DNA of 64,000 bases from Kiloniellales bacterium. GTDB lineage: Bacteria; Pseudomonadota; Alphaproteobacteria; Kiloniellales; JAKSDN01. Position numbers and translations under genes: made by a program. Below are positions 1-9,354 of the stretch, in pieces (position 1 is the stretch's first letter; each line of letters opens with the position of its first letter). The notes beneath the pieces were generated by a model. It did no database searches and was not told the DNA's origin. It saw only the letters and a program-made list of their open reading frames with translations. The stretch spans positions 18,834 to 82,833 of the forward strand of contig JBFJPL010000001.1 of assembly GCA_041617155.1 (NCBI GenBank), read 5' to 3'.

Positions 1-947
1 ACGTCGACCGCGAGGGGGTAATCCTCGTCGATCTCCGCTGGCTCGAAGTCTATATGCACGATCTCCTTGCGGCTGTGGTTCCAGAACGAAGGGCTGTATT
101 CGACCAGGTCGTAGCCAACGGCAATGACGACGTCGGTCTCGTCAAGCGCCAGATTGATATGGTCCCGGCCCTGCAATCCCATCGTGAATAGGCAATGCTC
201 GCTCGACATCGGGACCGCGCCCTTGCCCATGAAGGTATTGACGACACCGATGCCGGCCTTTTCGGCCAGCCGTCTGAGCTGCTTGGCCGCGCGCTTTCGC
301 ACGGCGCCGTTGCCGGCAAGGATCAGCGGGTTCCTGGCGTTGGCGATAATATCGACCGCCTGGGTAATAGCCTTGTGGTCGGCCGCCGCGCGCCGTGTTG
401 TGATCGGCGTCATCGGCGCGCCTTCGACCTGCTCCTCGGCGATGTCCTCCGGCAGCTCGATCACGCAAGCACCGGGCTTTTCCGCCTGCGCCAACTTGAA
501 GGCCTTGCGTACCACCTCGGCGATACTGGCCGGGTCATAGATCGTTTGGCTCCACTTGGTGATCGGTCGAAACATCGAGACCGAGTCCATGTTCTGATGG
601 CTTTCCTTGTGCAGCCGCTTGGTGCTCGCTTGACCGATGATGCCGACCAGCGGCGCACGATCCATGTTGGCGTCGGCAACGCCGGTCACCAGGTTGGTCG
701 CACCCGGCCCCAACGTGCCTAGACAGACACCCGCTTTGCCGGTCAACCGGCCGTAGGCGTCGGCCATGAAGGCTGCGGCCTGCTCGTGGCGGCAGAGCAC
801 GAATTCGATATTGCTGTCCAGCAGCGAGATCATGACGTCGGCGTTTTCTTCCCCCGGCACGCCGAATATATGCGTAACGCCTTCAGCCTCGAGACAGCGC
901 ACGAAGAGGTCCGATGCCTTTTGCTGTCTTGCCCGTTCTCCTACCAT
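1..947 (-). CDS. Thiamine-pyrophosphate enzyme, acetolactate-synthase-like (3' end runs off the window)
   Basis: Manual minus-strand translation from the ATG at 947 gives MVGERARQQKASDLFVRCLEAEGVTHIFGVPGEENADVM..., a TPP-enzyme N-terminal pattern. The frame stays open to position 1. It is absent from the ORF track because there is no stop in the window. Confidence 0.8.
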   Translation of the reverse strand, partial: MVGERARQQKASDLFVRCLEAEGVTHIFGVPGEENADVMISLLDSNIEFVLCRHEQAAAFMADAYGRLTGKAGVCLGTLGPGATNLVTGVADANMDRAPLVGIIGQASTKRLHKESHQNMDSVSMFRPITKWSQTIYDPASIAEVVRKAFKLAQAEKPGACVIELPEDIAEEQVEGAPMTPITTRRAAADHKAITQAVDIIANARNPLILAGNGAVRKRAAKQLRRLAEKAGIGVVNTFMGKGAVPMSSEHCLFTMGLQGRDHINLALDETDVVIAVGYDLVEYSPSFWNHSRKEIVHIDFEPAEIDEDYPLAVD

Positions 948-1288
948 CGTCTCCTCCCTGTCGTTACGGTCGCAGCCCCCGATGAACGTAAGGCCAGCTT
1001 GGATTTCAAACGCCTGTCGTCCATGGTGTAGGGGATGGTGCCAACACCGTGTCCCGACCACCTGAGCCCGGCAAGCCGAATCCCGTCGATCGGAACGGCC
1101 GAGTACCGGTCGGCTATCACCGCCGGGACGCTCAGCCCCATGAGGACGCGCAGAGCAACCCCCAGATCGCTGCCAAAGGCCGCGCCCTCGTCAGCATTCG
1201 TTAGTTTGCCGATAGCGGCGCGCAGCTGGCCGCCGAAGGGCGTGGCGAAATCGACGCTGGTGATGGCGCCTTGAGCTTTCAGCACCAT
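941..1288 (-). CDS. Hypothetical protein, 115 aa
   Basis: ORF-track entry. Third-codon positions are G/C-rich over most of its length. Its stop overlaps the start of the downstream TPP-enzyme gene (ATGGTAG). No family recognised. Confidence 0.45.
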   Translation of the reverse strand: MVLKAQGAITSVDFATPFGGQLRAAIGKLTNADEGAAFGSDLGVALRVLMGLSVPAVIADRYSAVPIDGIRLAGLRWSGHGVGTIPYTMDDRRLKSKLALRSSGAATVTTGRRRW

Positions 1289-1689
1289 CGAGCCAACCTG
1301 ACCGTTGCCGTCTCTCTCATTTAACGCTCAGTACCGCGAGTAGAATGGGTGCGGCGACTTGCCGGGCGGATTAGCTACGAACCACATGATCTTTGATAAA
1401 GTGGTCATCGGATGCCGCGGTTCTTGTAAAATAACTTTAAAGACTGCTCAAAACTGTAACCCGTACTACGATTTTGGGCAATCTTTCCCTTGTCCGCTCA
1501 CCCGAAACAAGATTCAGCTCGGCAAGCTGCGTCGGTTTTCCCGCCGCGCCGCGTGCTAGACGGGCCAAGTCACCAAGGGCGAGGCCGTTGGGGCGTGATG
1601 TTCAAGTTTTGCCGCTGGTGGTTATGCGATCGGCCGGTTCTGGACTAAGCTTGAGGAATCGGGGACGGAAAGCGAAGGAAGATAAGAAT

Positions 1690-2865
1690 TTGCGGACACA
1701 AGTCGGAATCGTCGGCGCCGGACCTTCGGGTACACTCTTGTCCCGGCTTCTCCGCCTTCGGGGGATCGAGACGGTTATCGTCGAACGGCGCAGTCGTGAT
1801 TATGTCGAGGGCCGGATCCGCGCGGGTGTTCTCGAACAGGGCACCGTCGATCTCCTCAATGACGCCGACGTAGGCGAGAGAATGCGGCGCGAAGGGCTGG
1901 TTCACGAGGGGATCGAAATCAGTCTGAACGGCCGGCTCCATCGAATCGACTTGAGGGCGCTGACCGGCGGCAGCGCGGTCACGGTTTACGGACAGACGGA
2001 AATTCAGAAAGATTTGAACGAGGCGCTGCTGGCCGCGCACGGCCAGCTTCTATTCGAGGCAGAGGATGTGAGCATCCACGACATCGACAGCGATCGGCCG
2101 AGGATCCGCTACCGTATGGACGGTGAGGTGCAGGAGCTCGCCTGCGACTACATTGCCGGCTGCGACGGCTTCCACGGCATCTGCCGCAAGAGCATTCCGG
2201 AGGGCACGCTCAAGACCTTCGAGCGTGTCTACCCGTTTGCTTGGCTCGGAATCCTGTCCGAGACGACACCGGTCAACGATGAGCTGATCTACGCCCAGAA
2301 CGAGCGGGGCTTCGCGCTGTTCAGCATGCGCTCGCACACGATGAGCCGCCTCTATCTCCAGTGTAGGCCCGATGAGGATCTCGATGAGTGGCCGGACGAG
2401 CGGATATGGAAAGAATTGCGTCTGCGGCTCGGTGGAGAGGCGGCCGAGCGCCTGCAAAGCGGACCGTCGATCGAAAAGAGCGTGACGCCGATGCGGAGCT
2501 TCGTGGCCGAGCCGATGCAATATGGGCGCCTATTCCTGGCCGGCGACGCCGCGCACATAGTTCCGCCAACTGGCGCCAAGGGCCTAAATCTTGCAGCGGC
2601 CGATGTCCGGGTCCTGTTTCAAGCGCTGTGCGAGTTCTATGGTGCCGGCCGCAGCGATCTACTCGACGCCTACTCGGACACATGCCTACGCCGGGTCTGG
2701 AAGGCTCAACGTTTCTCGTGGTGGATGACGTCAATGCTCCATCGTTTCCCAGAGGGCAGCCCGTTCGACAACAACGTTCAGCTGGCGGAGCTGGACTACC
2801 TGACCAGCTCTCAAGCCGCCAAGACTTCGCTTGCGGAAAACTATGTCGGCCTGCCTTTCGATTGA
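1690..2865 (+). CDS. pobA: 4-hydroxybenzoate 3-monooxygenase
   Basis: (M)RTQVGIVGAGPSGTLLSRLL...RIRAGVLEQGTVDLL...DYIAGCDGFHGICR...LFLAGDAAHIVPPTGAKGLNLAAADV...ENYVGLPF is collinear with classical PobA. A TTG start at 1690 follows GGAAG. The track start at 1474 is an N-terminal over-extension. Confidence 0.93.
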   Translation: MRTQVGIVGAGPSGTLLSRLLRLRGIETVIVERRSRDYVEGRIRAGVLEQGTVDLLNDADVGERMRREGLVHEGIEISLNGRLHRIDLRALTGGSAVTVYGQTEIQKDLNEALLAAHGQLLFEAEDVSIHDIDSDRPRIRYRMDGEVQELACDYIAGCDGFHGICRKSIPEGTLKTFERVYPFAWLGILSETTPVNDELIYAQNERGFALFSMRSHTMSRLYLQCRPDEDLDEWPDERIWKELRLRLGGEAAERLQSGPSIEKSVTPMRSFVAEPMQYGRLFLAGDAAHIVPPTGAKGLNLAAADVRVLFQALCEFYGAGRSDLLDAYSDTCLRRVWKAQRFSWWMTSMLHRFPEGSPFDNNVQLAELDYLTSSQAAKTSLAENYVGLPFD

Positions 2866-3162
2866 CCGGTCGGTTTCGATGGCCACGATGGAGTTCGCGA
2901 AGTCGCTCACATCCGGTGTTTGCCTTGTTTCTCAATCGGACCAACCCTGCTCCACCACTTAGGTCCGCTACGCATGTGACAGCGGAAGTTGGGCTCGACG
3001 AACGCGCCGTTGCCTTGGCCTGCGGGCAAGACTACGCTGATTTGCGAGTTCGCTGCGACGGCGCGCATAGTTTAGAGCAGCCAACGGCTAGGCCTTCGGC
3101 GGACCCTCGCGCTCGCGGTTCTGCGCCGGCTCAACTGCCAACGACAGAAAGCGGGGGTTGAT

Positions 3163-3176
3163 TTACTCAGTATTAT
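3163..3176. promoter_or_regulatory. Putative operator half-element TTACTCAGTATTAT shared with the 6268-6299 palindrome
   Basis: TCAGTATTATGTGCA (3167-3181) matches TCAGTATTATGCGCA (6272-6286) at 14 of 15 positions. It is an AT-rich motif in GC-rich DNA, about 80 bp upstream of the TRAP operon. Confidence 0.5.
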
Positions 3177-3257
3177 GTGCAGCGCACTGCGCATTCGGCG
3201 AAAAAATGATACGTGCGCCGCTACGTGCCGATCGAATTGTCAGGGGAGGAAACGATC

Positions 3258-4283
3258 ATGAAGATAGGATCCACGCTTGTCGGTGCGCTTATCGCCGCCG
3301 GACTTATGAGCCGTGCCGCGATGGCGGCTGAAATCACGTTGACGGTGCATCACTTCCTGCCGCCCAAAGCAAACGCTCACAGTGAAATGATCAAGCCCTG
3401 GGCCGACCGAATTAAGGAGCAGAGCAACGGCCGGATCGAGATCGAGATCTTTCCGGCCATGTCGATGGGCGGAAAGCCGCCTCAGCTCTACGGCCAGGTG
3501 CGCGACGGGCTCGCGGACATTGTCTGGACGCTGCTCGGCTACACGCCAGGCGTATTCCCGCGCTCTGAAGTATTCGAGTTGCCGCTCGTGCATGGCGGCT
3601 CGGCCAAGGCCACGACAATCGCGCTGAACGCTTCCTACGACCTGCTGGCAGAGGACTTCAAGGACGTCCATGTACTGTTCCTGCACTCTCATGATGGCAA
3701 TTTGATCCACTCGGCGACGCGCCCAGTGCGCACCTTCGCCGACGTGTCGGGGCTGAAGTTGCGCACGCCGTCTCGCACCGGCGCCTGGCTCCTGGAAGCG
3801 TGGAACGCGGAGCCCGTCGGCCTGCCGGTTCCAGCTTTGCCGGAAGCTATGGCGAAAGGCGTGGTCGATGGTGCATTGACCACCTACGAGATTGTACCGG
3901 CCCTGAAGTTGCAGGAACTGGACAAATACGTCACCGAACCGCCAGGGGGCGCCCGCTTCGGCACGGCGGTGTTCATGTTCGCCATGAACAAGGACCGCTA
4001 TGCGGAACTGCCGGATGACCTGAGGGCGATCATCGACGCCAATTCTCGCGATGCCGTCGCAGCTGAGGTCGGCGCGCTGTGGGAAGGCTTTGAGTTCGGA
4101 GGGGTCGAGGCGCTCAAGAAAGCCGGGGTCGAGACCATCGTACTCAACGCGGACGAGGCCGCCAAGTTCGACGCTGCCGCCGCCACGGTCGTGGACCGCT
4201 GGATAGCGGAGATGGCCGGCAAGGGCATTGACGGCGCCGCGCTGGTCGAACAGGCGCGGGCGGCGATTGCCGCGGCGCGCTGA
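3258..4283 (+). CDS. TRAP transporter substrate-binding protein (DctP family)
   Basis: ATG at 3258 follows GGGGAGGA. Signal peptide MKIGSTLVGALIAAGLMSRAAMA. DctP-like body, followed by small and large TRAP permeases. Confidence 0.88.
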   Translation: MKIGSTLVGALIAAGLMSRAAMAAEITLTVHHFLPPKANAHSEMIKPWADRIKEQSNGRIEIEIFPAMSMGGKPPQLYGQVRDGLADIVWTLLGYTPGVFPRSEVFELPLVHGGSAKATTIALNASYDLLAEDFKDVHVLFLHSHDGNLIHSATRPVRTFADVSGLKLRTPSRTGAWLLEAWNAEPVGLPVPALPEAMAKGVVDGALTTYEIVPALKLQELDKYVTEPPGGARFGTAVFMFAMNKDRYAELPDDLRAIIDANSRDAVAAEVGALWEGFEFGGVEALKKAGVETIVLNADEAAKFDAAAATVVDRWIAEMAGKGIDGAALVEQARAAIAAAR

Positions 4284-4352
4284 GCCCCTCCAATCTTGCG
4301 GGCTGGAGCCAGGCGACCCCGGTCCGCACTTCCCCCGATGATGGAGGCGTCA

Positions 4353-4850
4353 ATGCGCTCCGGCCTTGTCAAGTTGGTGGAGCTCTGGGCGTTTCTCGGG
4401 GGACTCCTGCTGATGGTGATCGTCCTGGTCACCACCACCAACGTGATCGCTTTCGCGCTCGACAAGCTGGCGCGGCTGGCTGGCTCAACGGTCTCAGGGC
4501 TTCCCGGATACGAGGACTTCGTGGGATTGGCGATCGGCGCCGCCGCGCTGACCTTCTTCCCCTATTGCCAGCTGCGCAAGGGTCATGTCGCGGTGGACCT
4601 GTTCGTTTCCAAGGCCCCGCGGAGGATGCGCCACGCGCTGGGCTACGTGTGGCTCTTGACCGCAATCGCGACGGCGCTGTTCCTGGCTTACTGGATGTGG
4701 CTGGGGATGTTCGAGAGCCGCTCTGACGATGCGGTCAGCCGTGTGCTGGGTTGGCCGGTGTGGCCGTTCTACGCCCCCGGCGTGGTCTCGCTGGTGCTAT
4801 GGGCGGCGGTCGCCGCCATGCAGATCAGGGGCGGCAAAGTCGATGGGTGA
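4353..4850 (+). CDS. TRAP transporter small permease (DctQ family)
   Basis: Four hydrophobic segments. ATG at 4353 is preceded by GGAGG. Its stop overlaps the start of the large permease gene. Confidence 0.8.
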   Translation: MRSGLVKLVELWAFLGGLLLMVIVLVTTTNVIAFALDKLARLAGSTVSGLPGYEDFVGLAIGAAALTFFPYCQLRKGHVAVDLFVSKAPRRMRHALGYVWLLTAIATALFLAYWMWLGMFESRSDDAVSRVLGWPVWPFYAPGVVSLVLWAAVAAMQIRGGKVDG

Positions 4851-6234
4851 GCGCGAACTCATCGGCCTTGCCGGCCTCGGCATCATGTTCCTTCTGCTCG
4901 CGCTTCGCATGCCGGTCGGCCTAGCCATGCTGGCGATCGGGATCGGCGGCAACTATGTCCTCAGTCTGTTTGTTCCGTTCCTGCGCTTCGAGCCCTATCT
5001 GAACCAGTTCAAGGCACTCTTATGGTCGACCGTGGCGAACTATGACCTGTCGGTCGTGCCGCTGTTCGTGTTGATGGGCTACCTGGCGAGCGAAGCCAAT
5101 CTGAGCCGTGACCTGTTTCGCGGACTCGAGGCGTTGATGAGCCGAAGACGCGGCGGCGTGGCCATGGCGGCGGTTGGCGCCTGCGGTGGCTTCGGCGCGG
5201 TTTGCGGCTCGTCGTTGGCGACCGCGGCGACAATGGGCAAGGTCGCGCTGCCGGAGCTAAGACGTCTGGGATACGCGCCACGTCTCGCAACCGGCGCCCT
5301 GGCGGCGGGCGGCACGTTGGGGATTCTGATCCCGCCTTCGGTGGCACTGGTGCTTTACGCGATCATCGTCGAGGGTTCGATCCTCAAGATGTTCCAGGCT
5401 GCGGTGATCCCGGGTCTTCTGGCCGTGATCGTCTTCATCGCGGTGATCGCGCTTGTGGTGCGGCTGAATCCCGCGCTTGCGCCCGATCCCAGCCCGATGG
5501 AGCGCGAAGCGCGCAGGGAAGCCCTGAGGCGGCTGACGCCGGTTTTGTGCATATTCGGCGGCATCATTCTCGGCTTGGGCTTCGGTTTGTTCACGCCGAC
5601 GCCGGCGGCAAGCATCGGGGTGTTCGTGATCCTGGTCTACGGATTCTGGCTGCGTTGGAAGACCGGCGAAGGGCTGAGCGCGCACGGCGCCGCCCAGGCG
5701 CTACGCGAAACCGCGGTCACATCGGGCATGATCTACCTGATCCTGTTCGGTGCCGAGGTGCTGAAGGGCTTCTTCACCCGCGCCGCCCTGCCCGCCGCGA
5801 TCGCCGATTGGGCGGCGGTCAGCGCATTCGATCCCTGGACGATCCTAATCCTGACGCTGTTGCTCCTGGTCTTGCTGGGCTGCTTCATGGAGTCGCTGGC
5901 GATGATCCTCGTGATCGTTCCGTTCATCTGGCCGACTCTGGTCACGCTGAACGGCGGCGATTACGTGAGGGCCGACAGCGCCGCCTACGGGCTCGATGTT
6001 GAAAGCCTCAAGATTTGGTTCGGGATCCTGGCGCTGGTTGTGGTCGAATTGGGACTGATCACGCCACCCGTTGGACTCAACGTGTTCATCATTTCGTCGC
6101 TGTCCGAGGGCACGCCGATGATGGAAACGTTTCGTGGCGTGGTTCCGTTCCTGATCGCCGAGGTCGGCCGCGTCGGCCTGCTGCTGGCGGTCCCGGCGAT
6201 CTCGCTCTTCGTGCCCCGGTTGCTCGGCGGATGA
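4843..6234 (+). CDS. TRAP transporter large permease (DctM family)
   Basis: MGERELIGLAGLGIMFLLLALRMPVGLAMLAIGIGG... is polytopic and DctM-like. The ATG at 4843 overlaps the DctQ stop. The track start at 4729 is over-extended. Confidence 0.9.
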   Translation: MGERELIGLAGLGIMFLLLALRMPVGLAMLAIGIGGNYVLSLFVPFLRFEPYLNQFKALLWSTVANYDLSVVPLFVLMGYLASEANLSRDLFRGLEALMSRRRGGVAMAAVGACGGFGAVCGSSLATAATMGKVALPELRRLGYAPRLATGALAAGGTLGILIPPSVALVLYAIIVEGSILKMFQAAVIPGLLAVIVFIAVIALVVRLNPALAPDPSPMEREARREALRRLTPVLCIFGGIILGLGFGLFTPTPAASIGVFVILVYGFWLRWKTGEGLSAHGAAQALRETAVTSGMIYLILFGAEVLKGFFTRAALPAAIADWAAVSAFDPWTILILTLLLLVLLGCFMESLAMILVIVPFIWPTLVTLNGGDYVRADSAAYGLDVESLKIWFGILALVVVELGLITPPVGLNVFIISSLSEGTPMMETFRGVVPFLIAEVGRVGLLLAVPAISLFVPRLLGG

Positions 6235-6267
6235 CGGCAAACCGGAAGCTAAAATTCACCTTTGCCA

Positions 6268-6299
6268 ATAATCAGTATTATGCGCATAATACTGATTAT
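6268..6299. promoter_or_regulatory. Perfect 32-bp palindrome ATAATCAGTATTATGC|GCATAATACTGATTAT, a putative tandem operator
   Basis: All 16 base pairs verified by hand. It is built from two nested ATAAT-N4-ATTAT units and ends 17 bp upstream of the 6317 start codon. Confidence 0.7.
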
Positions 6300-6316
6300 A
6301 GAATCGGGAGAGTGCG

Positions 6317-7504
6317 ATGGCACAGTCAATTTTCATCATCGCTGGCGGCGGTATCGGCGGTCTCGCCGCCGCTGTCGGCCTGGCCGGGAAGGGTATTCGG
6401 TCGATCGTGCTCGAACAAGCGCCGCAACTCGGTGAAATCGGTGCCGGCATACAGATCGGCCCGAACGCCTTCCACTGCTTCGACTATCTTGGCATCGGGG
6501 ACGAGGCCCGTGACAAGGCGGTCTACATCGATCAGCTGCGCCTGATGGACGCGACTTCGGGCGAAGAGATCACGCACATTCCTCTCGACGAACCTTTCCG
6601 CCGGCGCTTCGGCAACCCCTATGCGGTCGTGCACCGCGCAGACCTCCATGGTGTCCTGCTCGACGCATGCCGGCGCAGCGATCTGATCGACCTGCGCACC
6701 GACCATCGCGTCGAGGGGTACGACCAGGAAGCGGACGGCGTCCGGGTCCGCCTCGAAGGGCGCGACCCCGTCAACGGGGTTGCGCTAATAGCTGCCGAGG
6801 GGCTCAGGTCGCCGATCCGCGCTCAGATGATCGGCGACGGAGAGCCCGGTGTTTCCGGACATACGACCTATCGCTCGGTGATTCCGACGGAGCAGATGCC
6901 GGAGGATCTGCGCTGGAACGCGGCGACGCTCTGGGCCGGCCCGAAATGCCACATCGTTCATTATCCGCTCAAAGGCTGGAAGCTGTTCAACCTCGTCGTG
7001 ACCTATCACCGCGACGTCACCGAGGCCGTTGCCGGTGTGCCCGTTTCCAAGGAGGAAGTCCGCAAGGGCTTCGAGCACATCGCGCCCCGCGCCCGACAGG
7101 TGATCGAGCACGGCAAGGATTGGAAGCTCTGGGTTCTGTGCGACCGCGACCCGATTACCAATTGGATCGATGGCCGCGTCGTTCTGCTCGGCGACGCCGC
7201 GCATCCGATGCTGCAATATTTCGCGCAGGGCGCCTGCATGGCAATGGAAGACGGTGTCTGTCTCAGCCACATGATGGAGAAGCATGGCGGCAATATCGAC
7301 GCCGCCTTCGAGGCATATCGCGACCAGCGCGTCGTCCGCACCGCGCGGGTGCAAATGAGTTCGCGGCTGATCGGCGAATACATCTACCACCCCGACGGCG
7401 CCAAGGCCTTGGTCCGCAATGCGGTGATGAAATCGAAGAGCCCGGACGACTGGTACAACGGTCTTGCTTGGCTCTATGGCGGGACCGGTCTGACCGCCGC
7501 CTGA
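6317..7504 (+). CDS. FAD-dependent aromatic hydroxylase, most likely 3-hydroxybenzoate 6-hydroxylase
   Basis: IIAGGGIGGLAAAVGLAGKG (GxGxxG), RADLH, LLGDAAHPMLQYFAQGACMAMEDG. Sits directly upstream of gentisate 1,2-dioxygenase. Confidence 0.85.
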   Translation: MAQSIFIIAGGGIGGLAAAVGLAGKGIRSIVLEQAPQLGEIGAGIQIGPNAFHCFDYLGIGDEARDKAVYIDQLRLMDATSGEEITHIPLDEPFRRRFGNPYAVVHRADLHGVLLDACRRSDLIDLRTDHRVEGYDQEADGVRVRLEGRDPVNGVALIAAEGLRSPIRAQMIGDGEPGVSGHTTYRSVIPTEQMPEDLRWNAATLWAGPKCHIVHYPLKGWKLFNLVVTYHRDVTEAVAGVPVSKEEVRKGFEHIAPRARQVIEHGKDWKLWVLCDRDPITNWIDGRVVLLGDAAHPMLQYFAQGACMAMEDGVCLSHMMEKHGGNIDAAFEAYRDQRVVRTARVQMSSRLIGEYIYHPDGAKALVRNAVMKSKSPDDWYNGLAWLYGGTGLTAA

Positions 7505-7526
7505 TCCAACCCGAAGGAGGGCTGAA

Positions 7527-8576
7527 TTGTCACTGACGGAAAAACCGGTCGAGACGCCGGAACGCAAGGCGTTCTACGACAAGATCGACAGCAAGAACCT
7601 GACCCCGCTCTGGGCCGTGCTGTCCGACATCATCCCACCCGAGCCGAAAAGCGCCTGCGTGCCGCATCGGTGGAAATTCGACGAGGCGAAGTCCTACCTG
7701 CTCGAGGCCGGTGGACTGATAACCGCGAAGGAGGCCGAGCGCCGCGTCCTAGTTCTCGAGAATCCGGGCATGCGCGGCGAGAGCAAGATCACGACCTCGC
7801 TTTACGCCGGGCTGCAGCTCGTCCTGCCGGGCGAGGTCGCGCCGGCGCACCGCCACAGCCAGTCAGCGCTGCGCTTCGTCCTCGACGGCGCCGGCGCGCA
7901 CACCGCCGTAAACGGCGAGCGCACGGTGATGGAAGTCGGCGATTTCGTGATCACGCCGCCGTGGGGCTGGCATGACCACGGCAACGAGACCGATGTGCCG
8001 ATGATCTGGCTGGACGGGCTCGACATCCCCATCGTCTCGCTGTTCGACGGCTCCTTTGCCGAAGGTCTGGGCGAGGACGCGCAGCCGATCACGCGCGAGA
8101 CCGGCGACAGCCTCGCCCGCTATGGCGCCAACATGCTGCCGGTTGACTTCGAGACGACGCGTTTGGTCTCGCCGATCTTCAACTATCCCTACGCGCGGTC
8201 GCGCGAGTCGCTCGAGCAAATGAAGAAACAGCAGGAATGGGATCCCTGCCATGGCCTAAAGCTGCGCTATGTCAACCCGGTCGACGGCGGCTTCGCCATG
8301 CCGACCATCGCCCCGTTCCTGCAGTTGCTGCCGAAGGGATTCAAGAGCGCCGCGCACCGCTGCACCGATGCGACCGTCTTCGTGGTCGTCGAGGGCGAGG
8401 GCCGCAGCACCATCGACGGCACGACCTTCGAATGGGGGCCGAAAGACATCTTTGTCGCCCCGAGCTGGAGGTGGACCACGCACGAGGCGGACAGCGAAGC
8501 GGTAATCTTCAGCTACTCCGACCGCGTCGCGCAGCAGAAGCTAGGTCTCTGGCGCGAAGATCGCGGCAACGCCTGA
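7527..8576 (+). CDS. Gentisate 1,2-dioxygenase (bicupin)
   Basis: FYDKIDSKNLTPLWAVL...LENPGMRGESKITTSLYAGLQLVLPGEVAPAHRHSQSALRFVLDGAGAHTAVNGER...GDFVITPPWGWHDHGN. TTG start follows GAAGGAGGG. Confidence 0.9.
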   Translation: MSLTEKPVETPERKAFYDKIDSKNLTPLWAVLSDIIPPEPKSACVPHRWKFDEAKSYLLEAGGLITAKEAERRVLVLENPGMRGESKITTSLYAGLQLVLPGEVAPAHRHSQSALRFVLDGAGAHTAVNGERTVMEVGDFVITPPWGWHDHGNETDVPMIWLDGLDIPIVSLFDGSFAEGLGEDAQPITRETGDSLARYGANMLPVDFETTRLVSPIFNYPYARSRESLEQMKKQQEWDPCHGLKLRYVNPVDGGFAMPTIAPFLQLLPKGFKSAAHRCTDATVFVVVEGEGRSTIDGTTFEWGPKDIFVAPSWRWTTHEADSEAVIFSYSDRVAQQKLGLWREDRGNA

Positions 8577-8590
8577 AGGAGCTTCAAATA

Positions 8591-9292
8591 ATGGAGTACG
8601 TGTTCCCGCCAGCCGCCCCCGCCACAGTCGCCGTGGCGGGCGAAACGGCGCGCTTCCCGGTTCGCCGCATCTTCTGTGTGGGCCGCAACTACGCCGCGCA
8701 CGCGCGCGAGATGGGGCGAGACCCGGACCGCGCGCCGCCGTTCTTCTTCACCAAGCCCGCCGACAGCGTGGTCGATGACGGCGAGACGGTCGCCTATCCG
8801 CCTGAGACGGAGAATTTCCACTACGAGGGCGAACTGATCGCGGCGATCGGCACTGGCGGCTTCGACATTCCCGTCAGGCAGGCTCTCGACCATGTCTGGG
8901 GCTACGCCGTTGGCAACGAACTGACCCGCCGCGATCTGCAGCTCGCGGCGCGCACGCAGGGCCGGCCCTGGGATTGGGGCAAGGCTTTCGACCGGTCCTC
9001 GGTCTGCGGTCCGATCCATCCGGTCGCCGAAGTTGGCCATCCCGCCTCCGGCGCGATCCGGCTGACGGTCAATGGCGAGGTGAAGCAGAACGCCGATCCT
9101 CGGACCGGCCTCTTCTGTCACGGCGATGCACCCGGCCTTGCCGACGTCTGCCTTTACGCCCAGGTTTGTAACAACCGGCGGTTCGATGTTGAGATGACCT
9201 CCTACCCTACGATTGTGCGCATCTTCGCGGCTTGTGACGCGGTCGAGGCCTTCCGCCTGGCTGCCCCCGGAGCCCAACACGACGCGGCCTGA
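8591..9292 (+). CDS. FAH-family hydrolase (fumarylpyruvate or maleylpyruvate hydrolase) with an aberrant C-terminal third
   Basis: RFPVRRIFCVGRNYAAHAREMG...PFFFTKPADS...YEGELIAAIG...GYAVGNELTRRDLQ...GRPWDWGKAFDRSSVCGP fits the FAH fold. After about 9095-9115 the expected L-PGD--TGTP-GVG signature is missing in this frame. Confidence 0.7.
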   Translation: MEYVFPPAAPATVAVAGETARFPVRRIFCVGRNYAAHAREMGRDPDRAPPFFFTKPADSVVDDGETVAYPPETENFHYEGELIAAIGTGGFDIPVRQALDHVWGYAVGNELTRRDLQLAARTQGRPWDWGKAFDRSSVCGPIHPVAEVGHPASGAIRLTVNGEVKQNADPRTGLFCHGDAPGLADVCLYAQVCNNRRFDVEMTSYPTIVRIFAACDAVEAFRLAAPGAQHDAA

Positions 9293-9354
9293 GAAAGATC
9301 AGGCCGTGAACAAAAGCCCAAGATTGATAAGGGTGCACCCAGGAGATAAGGACC

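Noticed and set aside
1474-1689. N-terminal extensions suggested by the ORF track. Examples are pobA from 1474, EEP to 28324, ccoS to 30265, ccmB to 54021, the PaaK-like gene to 56162, ccmH to 48580, ccmE to 51509 and hisP to 46662.
   Set aside because: The extensions are Arg/Pro/Gly-rich, overlap upstream genes and lack homology-like sequence. Internal starts with SD motifs or ATGA/GTGA coupling give canonical protein lengths.
2866-3162. A ~300-bp gap between pobA and the TRAP operon, examined for a decayed pobR-type regulator or a small ORF.
   Set aside because: All frames are interrupted by stops. Only a 27-codon ORF without an SD was found, and there is no recognisable motif.
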